Shown piece by piece: positions 1-8,280 of a DNA stretch of 64,000 nucleotides. The notes below the pieces were generated by a model that saw nothing but the letters and a program-made list of their open reading frames with translations, was not told the DNA's origin and did not search any database. Every line of letters starts with the position of its first letter. Within the stretch, counting starts at the first letter, position 1. Source of the stretch: a virus. The position numbers and the translations under genes were made by a program. The DNA lies in IMG/VR virus record IMGVR_UViG_3300029258_005088; one strand, given 5' to 3'.

Positions 1-316
1 GGAAACCGTGGCCGAGAGCCGAGAGTCCTTCCTGCTGCAGAGCGGCGATCCAGTTGTCCATGGAAGGTACGAAGAGATCCTGTTGCTTGATCCACAACAG
101 ATCGAATCCCTTGATCTCCCCTTTAAGGAAGAATACCGGGATGTACAACCACACGCCGTTCATGACGAAAGCCGCCACGCCGACTGCCTGTGTATCATCC
201 TCGTTCTTGTCGATTATCTGAAAACCGACTCGGTAATCCACCAACGACGGCAACCGTTCATTGATCTGCGCATCAACGAGCTGCCCAAACTTTTGTTCGA
301 AAGTAATCTCAGCCAT
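1..316 (-). CDS. Partial hypothetical protein, runs off the left end (MAEITFEQKFGQLVDAQINERLPSLVDYRVGFQIIDKNEDDTQAVGVAAFVMNGVWLYIPVFFLKGEIKGFDLLWIKQQDLFVP...)
   Basis: Manual translation of the minus strand from ATG at 316, open to the window edge. It follows the beta' gene in the same orientation and is absent from the ORF track because it has no stop. Confidence 0.8.
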   Translation of the reverse strand, partial: MAEITFEQKFGQLVDAQINERLPSLVDYRVGFQIIDKNEDDTQAVGVAAFVMNGVWLYIPVFFLKGEIKGFDLLWIKQQDLFVPSMDNWIAALQQEGLSALGHGF

Positions 317-378
317 TTCGCTTCCTCTTCTCGCTTCTCGGCTACTTTATACGATTTTCTGCCTCAAACAACCTCGAC

Positions 379-2211
379 CTACAATCTCGATGGGTCCATT
401 AGCTTCGGAATCATCGATGTCTGCTCGTGCTTGCTGCTGGAGCCATGCCGAACTGCCTCCAACATCGAGCGCTTGACACCGAACCCGGCCAGACGCACTT
501 TCCAGTCCGGGTCCTCCGCAGGAATCCCCATCGCTCTTGTGACGTGAGGTTCGAATGCGGGCTCTCGTTTGTTTGCAACGATAGTCTCCACACCTTCATT
601 AGCAAGAAACTTAGCCACCTTGGGAGTGATTTTCGTTCCTATGCTATAGTGTAAAACTGGTTTCTCGAGATACTGGCCGACGCCTCTCTTCGGATTCATC
701 GAAGCCGATCCTTGACGGGGTTCGTAGTTTCTCTGGAGGGTTCCGTAAGGAACCACGTCCCCTATGACGTACCCCTGCAGGCCGTCGGGATCCGTTACCT
801 TTACCCTGTCGAAGAAAGCCCTGGAAAGGACCTCGACGTTCCGTCTGTGGGTCGGTACGGAGTTCTTCTTGAGTAACTCGTAGAACTTGTTCTGGAAATA
901 CATGCGTCCCTCGCCCAAGCCCTTGTACTTGGCTATCTCCGCTGGGTTTGGCGTGCCCGAGGTAAGTACGTCTCCGGCATCGACTTCCTGGCCGGGGCTT
1001 ACCTGTATCTTTCTGCCCTCCGGTACGTGAAGCTGCTGATCGTCGACGAACATGTAATGGCCGCCCTGCGGTGCTTTGACTATCTGGCGCACCTTCCCGG
1101 ACTTGGGAGCGAGTACGGCGGCGCCTCGGAACATCTTGGGCACCTGCACGAATTGATTGATCTCGTCGAATCCCTCGACGTTGTCGGAGTTGACGCCCAC
1201 GACTCCTCCGGTATGTTTGGCCGACAGAGCCATGCCCTGGGTCATCGGCTCCGATACCACGCGTCCCACCTCGATGCCTATCTGGGTGCCTATCGCCGGG
1301 AACGTTCCCTTCTCCCGCTTTCCAGAACATTTCTGGCAGACGCCTTCTTCCTGCTGGCACGTCAACAAGCTGCGTACAAGTGGCTTCTTCCCCCTCAGTT
1401 TCGGCAGGTGCCTCTTGTCGATAACCGTCCCCGCCGGTATGCCGTTCACGGTGCGGGAAAGGACGGCTCCGAGGATCTCGGGGTCGTCCCCGTCCACGAG
1501 TATTCCGACGTCATCGGCTCCACAGTCTTCTCCCATCACTCGGACGTGCTGGGACATGGCGGTTAGCTGCTTTCCCAGGAAGCCTGTCTTGGCGGTTGCG
1601 AACTGGACGTCGGCATATCCCTTTCTCGAGGCATAGGATCCGGCCCAGTATTCGGCGGGGGTGACGCCCTCTCCGTAACCATGCAGTCCGGGAATCGGAA
1701 CTGGACGACCCTTGTGGTCTGCGACCAGCATGTCGCCGAACATAAGCTGTATGACCTGCGTCGGGGATCCGCGAAAGCCCTGGGACAGTGCAAGCCCGTA
1801 GGCGTTGTCCCTGCCTTCGAGCTCTTTCATCAGCATGCTCTGGATGGTGGGCATCGCCTTCTTCATGGTGTCTACGATGCGCTTCTGCTTGGTATCCGCG
1901 GACATGCTGGGATTCTGTGCTATCTCCCGTATCCTGCCGCGCAGCTCCTTCCTATAGGCCTTGGTTCTCGGAGGCAGCTCTAGATCTTCCAGACGAAGGC
2001 TGGCGGGGCCCCCGTATTCGGTTCCGGCCACTCTGCTTACGTTGTTGAGGTTCTGCAGAACGTCGACGTACTTTTCGGGATGCTTGTCGGCGAGCTCCTG
2101 AAAGAACTGGGAACTGGACTTCATGTTGAATACTCGATCGCGATCCCGCATATCATCCGGGATCGCTCTCTCGACTAAAAGTCGTCCTATTGTCGTCGCG
2201 TTCTGTGGCAT
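379..2211 (-). CDS. rpoC: DNA-directed RNA polymerase beta' subunit, C-terminal half (bridge helix, Zn site, trigger loop)
   Basis: [12 protein letters not shown] ~ GARGSxxQxRQL; [22 protein letters not shown] ~ [37 protein letters not shown] ~ VRSxxxC..GVCxxCYG; [17 protein letters not shown] ~ GEPGTQLTMRTFHxGG. Confidence 0.93.
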   Translation of the reverse strand: [610 protein letters not shown]

Positions 2212-2212
2212 G

Positions 2213-2791
2213 TCAGTTCTTGCTGAATATTGACGCTAGGGAGCGGTAGGTCGAATCAAGAGGACTCATGAACGGGTTCAGGCTCACACGTCCCTCGAGC
2301 TCGTCCGCGGCTACGGCACTCCTCTCCGCCAGGTCCAGGAACACCTTCTTGTTACGCTCGTGCTTGGCGTGATTGGCGAGGTACCTGTAGCCCTGCTCTC
2401 TGGCTCTATAGGTCTTCGCCGTCTGGTACTCGGCGGCCACCGGCCGTATCGATCTCCTCGCCAACCTGTTTGCTACGTTGCCTCCTCGGGCCGGGATGTC
2501 TCCGTACATGCCCTTCGGAAGCAGCTTGTCGGTTGCCAGGATCTCCTGCTTGGAGGGATCTCCCGTGGGTTTGTGCGTCTCGAGGTAACGAAGATGACCC
2601 TCGGGAGTGGAGATGTCTCCGGGCTCTCCCTTCAAGTACTGCCCCGTCAACAGTCCGGCACCGGCTCCGAGGCCACCGCCTATGAGCATGTTCTTGGCGG
2701 TATGGTCTTTCTTGTCCAGGATGCGTCTGGCGACAAGAACTCCGATAGCCGCCCCGATGGGGGTCGTAACTAGACGAGGGTCGATATTCAT
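2213..2791 (-). CDS. Hypothetical protein with N-terminal glycine-rich hydrophobic segments
   Basis: 192-aa ORF with PIGAAIGVLVA and LIGGGLGAGAGLLTG segments; coupled to its neighbours. Confidence 0.7.
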   Translation of the reverse strand: MNIDPRLVTTPIGAAIGVLVARRILDKKDHTAKNMLIGGGLGAGAGLLTGQYLKGEPGDISTPEGHLRYLETHKPTGDPSKQEILATDKLLPKGMYGDIPARGGNVANRLARRSIRPVAAEYQTAKTYRAREQGYRYLANHAKHERNKKVFLDLAERSAVAADELEGRVSLNPFMSPLDSTYRSLASIFSKN

Positions 2792-2795
2792 GGCA

Positions 2796-3611
2796 CTACC
2801 TCAATTCGTTCATCTGGGAAAGGATGTGGGCCAGTTGATCCTTGTTGTCGGAAGCCATCTTCTCCGGCCCCATTTCCATGGGAACGGTTCCCATATCCAT
2901 CATCTCCGGGGGAGGCATTCCGCCACCTTCTCCGCCAGGTGCTTCGCCCATTGCCGCCATTACCTCCGGAGGAAGTGCGGGCATCCCGCCCTCGGCAGGC
3001 ATACCCATGTCCAGGGGAGGCATTCCAGCCTCTTCCATTGGAAGTTCTTCGGCACCCATTCCGGGAATTTCTCCGGCAGGCTTCAGGTTGAAATGGGACA
3101 TGAGCTGACCGACCATGGTCGAAAGCTCGTCCACCTGCTCGGCGAGTTCTCTGTTGGTGACGCGCCCGGAAGGCTTCTCGTCTTCATCTTCCTGGGCTCC
3201 TCCGATCTGCTGGAACAACGCCATGAGATCGTCTGAGTTCAGCATGATAGGCATGCCTCCTCCCATGGGATCCTCGGCACCTGCTTCGGGAGGCATCCCT
3301 CCAGCCATGGGATCGCCCTGAGGAGGAAGACCACCGACCATGGAAGGATCCATAGGAGGAGCGCCTCCGGCCATTGCGGGATCGGGCATTCCGGGAACGG
3401 GAGGCATTCCGCCGGCCATGGCCATCGGATCCATAGGAGCGCCTCCTCCCATCGGCATGGGAGGTGCAGGCGGAGCCTGTCCACCGGCCGCCATCATTGT
3501 GGGATCCATCATCGTGGGATCCATTCCGGGCTGTCCCGGCATCGGCCCCGGAGGGGCGTACGCCTGCTTGCCCATGAGAACTGTGTTCAGCAAATTCTTG
3601 TCTAAAGGCAT
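2796..3611 (-). CDS. Pro/Met/Gly-rich low-complexity protein
   Basis: 271-aa ORF with PPMDP/GGMPP repeats, AAGGAG RBS, and KQA and KMAS motifs. Confidence 0.75.
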   Translation of the reverse strand: MPLDKNLLNTVLMGKQAYAPPGPMPGQPGMDPTMMDPTMMAAGGQAPPAPPMPMGGGAPMDPMAMAGGMPPVPGMPDPAMAGGAPPMDPSMVGGLPPQGDPMAGGMPPEAGAEDPMGGGMPIMLNSDDLMALFQQIGGAQEDEDEKPSGRVTNRELAEQVDELSTMVGQLMSHFNLKPAGEIPGMGAEELPMEEAGMPPLDMGMPAEGGMPALPPEVMAAMGEAPGGEGGGMPPPEMMDMGTVPMEMGPEKMASDNKDQLAHILSQMNELR

Positions 3612-3654
3612 CGGTGTTACTCCTTATGTTGAAAACCGGCATGCATCTCAAGAG

Positions 3655-3686
3655 ATTATAATACGAGTTTCTGGTTAGTTTTACAA
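3655..3686 (-). promoter_or_regulatory. sigma70-like promoter candidate (TTGTAA-N17-TATTAT, overlapping TATAAT)
   Basis: AT-rich intergenic stretch upstream of the 271-aa gene; same TTGTAA -35 as the promoter at 48875-48903. Confidence 0.55.
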
Positions 3687-3692
3687 GTTAAT

Positions 3693-3926
3693 TCATGGTA
3701 AGCCCGCGTTCTTGTGCATGTACCCGTCCATGTAGCCTTGATCGAATACGGATGCTTTCTTCGACATCTTCTTGGACTTCTTCTTTTTCTTTTTGTCCTT
3801 GGGATTCATCTTGCGCTTGTTGGCGGTGGCATAGAACACGCGCTTGCCTTCTTCCTCGCCGTAACGCTCCTGCATCTCTTTCATGACCTTGTCGCCACTG
3901 CCTTTGTAATATTCCTTGACCGGCAT
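3693..3926 (-). CDS. Small basic phage protein
   Basis: 77-aa ORF (MKEMQERYGEEEGKRVFYATANK) with a poly-Lys tract and a C-terminal GYMDGYMHKNA motif. Confidence 0.7.
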   Translation of the reverse strand: MPVKEYYKGSGDKVMKEMQERYGEEEGKRVFYATANKRKMNPKDKKKKKKSKKMSKKASVFDQGYMDGYMHKNAGLP

Positions 3927-5173
3927 TACACAACTCCCTCTCTAAGTTTGTTATCTTTATTTGCAATGGTCATTCCACTGGATAATGCCTTAAGCACCAG
4001 TTTAAACGCATTTCTATCTGTCAGGTACAGATACCTCATAGCGTCCGTCTTGGAGTGCTTCTTTCTAAGAGAATCATACTTATCCAGTGCCTTTCCGACC
4101 GCTGCGTATTCTTTCTTGTCAAAAGGTGACGGGATGCCCATGGATTTTGCTCTCTCATTGGACCTATGGAAAAGCCTTGCTCTACTCTGAGTCTTCCCTG
4201 GTTTTTCAGATTCCTGTAACCAAATCTTAGACGGACCTCCTAGACGGCTGAAATTTTCCGATCTGGTCATATTAGCGAAGTCTCCAACGAACTTCTTCCA
4301 GTTATCGTCTCCTTCCACCTTGGAGGCTATGTACTGTTTGTATTTATCTACCATATTGCCCCATTCCTCATTCAAAGAAGAGTCTGGGTATAGTGACTGT
4401 TTCACAGGACTGTCATTAGTTATTAAGGCAGTGTTCTTCTTAGGATCGGCCCAATAATTCATTATGCTCCTAAGTTCTTGATACGGCTGTGCCTTGTTCT
4501 TCATATCACTCTCTAACCAAGCCCTCTCTTTATCCGACGGCTCGGTCTTCCATGTCCGTCCATGGAATCGGGCGGCCCTTCTATAGTCTTCGTCTCCTAC
4601 CGGAAGCCCTTTCGCAAGATCGAACGCTGGATACTTGACGTCTGGTCCATCTATATCCGGATTGTGTCCTACAGTATAGGCAGGTGCGCGGCTAACATAC
4701 TTTGGAGGCCTTGTGTCTATCCAATGTCCGGTTCTTCCCTTCCAATTCAGATGACCAAAGTCTTTCATTGCTTTCAGCAGTGCCGGATGACAACCTCCTC
4801 CAAGGTTGCAGGCGTCAATATTCAAAGCATAGTCACCCTTCGAGGGCACTGCCCTGCTGACGTGATTCATGATTGTTGAATTTACTAAGTCCTTGTTGTC
4901 TACAGAGTAGGACGACCTTCCGCCACCATGCCCGTGTATACCTACCGTGGGAAGGCCTTTTACCGACCTAAATTGAGATGGGTCATCCTTAAGTCTAGCG
5001 TCGAATGCGTTATCCGGTCTACTGGGAGAATATGCCGTCGTGTATTTCTCGTTAATAGGGGTTGGTCTCCTTATATTATACTTCCAGGCGCTTTTGGCTT
5101 TTGACTGGTTATCTCCGGCTCTCTTGTTCATATAGCCGTCCTGGTAGCCTGTTCTATAGGACTTATCGGTCAT
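3926..5173 (-). CDS. Hypothetical virion-type protein, possible clan CD (caspase/C80-like) cysteine peptidase
   Basis: 415 aa; N-terminal YRTGYQDGYMNKRA motif; VGIHGHG ... NIDACNLG resembles the His-Gly / Ala-Cys dyad of clan CD; visibly AT-richer than its neighbours. Confidence 0.55.
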   Translation of the reverse strand: MTDKSYRTGYQDGYMNKRAGDNQSKAKSAWKYNIRRPTPINEKYTTAYSPSRPDNAFDARLKDDPSQFRSVKGLPTVGIHGHGGGRSSYSVDNKDLVNSTIMNHVSRAVPSKGDYALNIDACNLGGGCHPALLKAMKDFGHLNWKGRTGHWIDTRPPKYVSRAPAYTVGHNPDIDGPDVKYPAFDLAKGLPVGDEDYRRAARFHGRTWKTEPSDKERAWLESDMKNKAQPYQELRSIMNYWADPKKNTALITNDSPVKQSLYPDSSLNEEWGNMVDKYKQYIASKVEGDDNWKKFVGDFANMTRSENFSRLGGPSKIWLQESEKPGKTQSRARLFHRSNERAKSMGIPSPFDKKEYAAVGKALDKYDSLRKKHSKTDAMRYLYLTDRNAFKLVLKALSSGMTIANKDNKLREGVV

Positions 5174-7222
5174 TCACAGCACTCCCTTGGTCGCTCTCTG
5201 CAGAGATATTCGTTTTCCGCTCTCGAAGAGGGGCTTGACCTTGTCCAGCCTGGTCCCTGTCTGGCGGGCATACTGGCTGTTTCTGAAAGATTGTCTGAGG
5301 CGCTCGGCGTTTTCCGCCGTGGGATTGACCATGAGAGCGTTCACGGCGTTATGGCCCTGTTGGAACTCCTTGAGATTGTCTCCCAGTGCATAGGCATGGA
5401 TCTTGAGCCAGTTCTGCATCATGGGGTTGAGTTTGCGCCAGTTCGGGTTCCAGGCATCGAGCTGTGTCGGGACGATTTTCTCGAGGTGGTGCTTGGTCGC
5501 CGCCCAATCCTCTTTGGTCTTGATGGTGCCTTTGCCGCTGCGGAGCTGTTTGAATCTGTTGTTCCCCCAGATCTTGGAAAGCTTGGAGGTGTTGGCCGGA
5601 CTCATGTAATGCCCGGTACCGATCGTGGGATAAGGCTCCTTGACGCCTTCGGCATTGGTGACGTGCTTGGCGGTAGGGCTGAAACCCTCGGCCTTGCTGA
5701 GCCACGGGTGTATGGCTTCATGGGCCTTGTCTCCGGCAGTCTTGGACGCCATTCTCGTAGAAGGATCTTTATTTACGAGCCCCAGGAAATCTTCTGCCAT
5801 ATCCCATAATAAGGCTTCCCATTCTTTACCCTTCCCTTCCCTCTCCATTATGCTGCGCAATGCCCGTAGATCAAAAGAATCATCAACCATAGGCTTCAGT
5901 TCACGTTTTATCTTTCTGTCCGGAGACGTCGCCCACTGGAGAAATGCAAAGGCTTTCTTCTTATCGCTGACGTCTACTCCCATGTGACTTGCGAGTGCCT
6001 TGAGATTACCTAATCTTGCTTCTCTTTCTATCTGCCGCATGGTGTAGGGAGCGGTGTGTCTCTTACTTCGAGCCTCTATGAACTTTCCTTTTTCATCCGT
6101 ATCCTGCACCATCTCGCTCATCTTATCGTGAGCCCACGTGTCCGCACTAAGGTGTCTCTTGTTTCTAGCCGCATTCTCCCTTACGACATCTTGTGCCGTT
6201 CCCTTTCCTTCGCCCTTAAGCGGGTACCATTTTCTGGCATGCTGAAGTACGTGTCGATACTCATGAGGAAGGAGTCGAGCCGTATGAGGCCTTATCCAAA
6301 TATCTGGGATGCGTTTACCAGGAGAGTATATGAACCCTCCTCCGCTTTTGTCGGGAGCGTCCTCATTTCTAAGAATCTTGTACGGAAAAGGCCTGTCCAA
6401 TGCCTTGTCATCCAGCCTCATGGCAAACCTATTCTTATACCCTTCTTTCTTCCTATACTCTCTGGCCTGCTCAAGGGACTTCTTGAAGGCTTCTGGACTA
6501 GGATACGTACTGCTTATTACTCTCCTAGGCGTATCCACTCCTGAGACAATAGGCTTTACGACAGGGACGGCTTTCTTAGAAATTTCTTTACTAGCATCTG
6601 CAGGTACCTCTCCCTTGTCTCCGGCAGTCTTCGCTATGATCTTGCCGTCCTTCAGCTCGTAAGGAGCCCATACCTGGCCTTCTACATAGTTGCCCGTCAG
6701 CCTGGGCAGCATGTCGAGCTTGCCTGCTTTCCTAAGCTCCACCAAGGTCATCAGCGTCTTGACCTCCTCACTGAGATTGCTCTTGTTGTGTCGCTCTCTA
6801 CGGAGATAATCGAAGGAGTCGCCGGGCGAAAACGTGGAAGCCTGCAGAAGCTCTTCGTCTATAGGATATACCTGGGTCGACTTGATATCGTGACCCCATG
6901 CCTTCTTCTGCTTGTCGGTACGGAAATACAAAGGATGCTTCAACTGTACCTTGTCGCCGAGTTTCTTGACGGCCTCCTCTCGTAGCGCCTTTTCAAGTCG
7001 AACACGGTCCTGCTTGTACCGATCGGTGTTCTTGTCTGGGGTATGCTCTTTATACCACTGCAGAACCTGCTCCTGCTCCTCTGGAGGCATATCGAGGAAA
7101 TTTCCGGGAAGCTTGCCTCCACGACCATAGTGATATCCCTCGACCTTGGCAGTCTTGTCCATATACCCGTCGAGATATCCCGAGGATCCAGACAACAGAA
7201 CTGCTGTGGTTACCGACATCAT
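5174..7222 (-). CDS. Polyvalent protein: unknown domain + HExxH metallopeptidase + lysozyme-like domain
   Basis: 682 aa; LLPHEYRHVLQH zincin motif; C-terminal KAEGFSPTA...PTIGTGHY resembles the GH24 lysozyme EG...TIGxGH signature; domains separated by KTAGD. Confidence 0.7.
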   Translation of the reverse strand: MMSVTTAVLLSGSSGYLDGYMDKTAKVEGYHYGRGGKLPGNFLDMPPEEQEQVLQWYKEHTPDKNTDRYKQDRVRLEKALREEAVKKLGDKVQLKHPLYFRTDKQKKAWGHDIKSTQVYPIDEELLQASTFSPGDSFDYLRRERHNKSNLSEEVKTLMTLVELRKAGKLDMLPRLTGNYVEGQVWAPYELKDGKIIAKTAGDKGEVPADASKEISKKAVPVVKPIVSGVDTPRRVISSTYPSPEAFKKSLEQAREYRKKEGYKNRFAMRLDDKALDRPFPYKILRNEDAPDKSGGGFIYSPGKRIPDIWIRPHTARLLPHEYRHVLQHARKWYPLKGEGKGTAQDVVRENAARNKRHLSADTWAHDKMSEMVQDTDEKGKFIEARSKRHTAPYTMRQIEREARLGNLKALASHMGVDVSDKKKAFAFLQWATSPDRKIKRELKPMVDDSFDLRALRSIMEREGKGKEWEALLWDMAEDFLGLVNKDPSTRMASKTAGDKAHEAIHPWLSKAEGFSPTAKHVTNAEGVKEPYPTIGTGHYMSPANTSKLSKIWGNNRFKQLRSGKGTIKTKEDWAATKHHLEKIVPTQLDAWNPNWRKLNPMMQNWLKIHAYALGDNLKEFQQGHNAVNALMVNPTAENAERLRQSFRNSQYARQTGTRLDKVKPLFESGKRISLQRATKGVL
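5725..5743. repeat. 19-bp direct repeat copy 1 (ccttgtctccggcagtctt; encodes KTAGDK on the minus strand)
   Basis: Exact match to 6613-6631. Confidence 0.9.
6613..6631. repeat. 19-bp direct repeat copy 2
   Basis: Exact match to 5725-5743; the pair brackets the metallopeptidase domain. Confidence 0.9.
7148..7222. repeat. 75-bp repeat copy 1 (encodes MMSVTTAVLLSGSSGYLDGYMDKTA)
   Basis: 70/75 identical to 8206-8280 by manual alignment. Confidence 0.9.
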
Positions 7223-8280
7223 ACCTTCCCTTTGTGTTTGCCGGGCTGCTGGTCCCTAGCCATAAGACTGCCCTCATCGATGAGGTCCTGCATCAGCTCA
7301 CGTTCCTCTGGCGCCAGGGCCTTGAGAGCCTTCTCTGCGTCCATGGTCTCACGCAGCTTGTCGTACTTCTTGATGAGTGGGTAGATCTTCTTGTAGTACT
7401 CGTCGTAGAACTTGAGGTAGCCGGCGTCATCTTCCTTGGCCTTGGACCTGCCGTACTCGTTGTCGCTGTATCCGTAGTTCCGCGCACGCTGGGCCTTGAG
7501 AAATTCGGCTGTGCGTGCAACCTGCGAAGCATTGAACTGCCCGGTACGCGTCTTTGCCTTGGCCGCATCCGTCTGGCGCTTTATGGAACTCTGTAGGTGG
7601 TCTGCTTTCGGAGCGTAGGGCATCATGCCCATGCTTATGAAGGTGCCTTCCCCACCCCGCATATTCTCTCGTCTGGTTTCTTCATGCTTCCTATCCGCAC
7701 CCTCGAAGGTGTTCGGATACTTGCGCAGTGCCGCACGCATCTTGGCATCGTTGAGCCTCCGATTAGCACTTCTGATGGCGGCCTCGGTTTCATACCTTTT
7801 GCCTGCTATTCCAGTGTGTATCGTCTTGGGGAACGTCTTGGGGTCCGGCAGTGCCGCACGCTCGGCTTCCAGCATCTTCAATCTCCTGGCATCGATCCGC
7901 CTCCCATGCGCACCTTGCTCCCTATTGGTCCACTCTATCATCTTTCGGAGACGTGCCTGATCTGCAGGGTTCTTCGCAGCCTTGAGCTGCTTCTCGTAGT
8001 CCTGGCGTATCTTATCGTAGCCCTGGTAATCCTTCTCCATGCCCTGCAACTGTTGATGAGTAACATTCTTTGGCTTTTCCGCCTTGATTGGCTTCGTCTT
8101 GGATGTAGTTGTCTGCGGAACCTTGATCTTACCGTAGTTCTTGGAGACTCCGCCTTCGACGGGCAGTGCTGCATGCTTGTTCAGCTCGCTCACGAATCTC
8201 ACGCCGGCAGTCTTGTCCATGTACCCGTCGAGATATCCCGAGGATCCAGACGACAAAAATGCTGTGGTCACCGACATCAT
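7219..8280 (-). CDS. Hypothetical basic, helical virion-type protein
   Basis: ORF 7219-8319; the start is placed at 8280 because the N-terminal 25 codons duplicate those of the next gene. Carries the GYLDGYMDKTA motif. Confidence 0.7.
   Translation of the reverse strand: MMSVTTAFLSSGSSGYLDGYMDKTAGVRFVSELNKHAALPVEGGVSKNYGKIKVPQTTTSKTKPIKAEKPKNVTHQQLQGMEKDYQGYDKIRQDYEKQLKAAKNPADQARLRKMIEWTNREQGAHGRRIDARRLKMLEAERAALPDPKTFPKTIHTGIAGKRYETEAAIRSANRRLNDAKMRAALRKYPNTFEGADRKHEETRRENMRGGEGTFISMGMMPYAPKADHLQSSIKRQTDAAKAKTRTGQFNASQVARTAEFLKAQRARNYGYSDNEYGRSKAKEDDAGYLKFYDEYYKKIYPLIKKYDKLRETMDAEKALKALAPEERELMQDLIDEGSLMARDQQPGKHKGKV
8206..8280. repeat. 75-bp repeat copy 2 (encodes MMSVTTAFLSSGSSGYLDGYMDKTA)
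   Basis: 70/75 identical to 7148-7222. Confidence 0.9.

Noticed and set aside
540-570. tRNA T-loop-like GGTTCGAAT
   Set aside because: Lies inside the beta' coding sequence with no cloverleaf; no tRNA or rRNA genes were recognised in the window.
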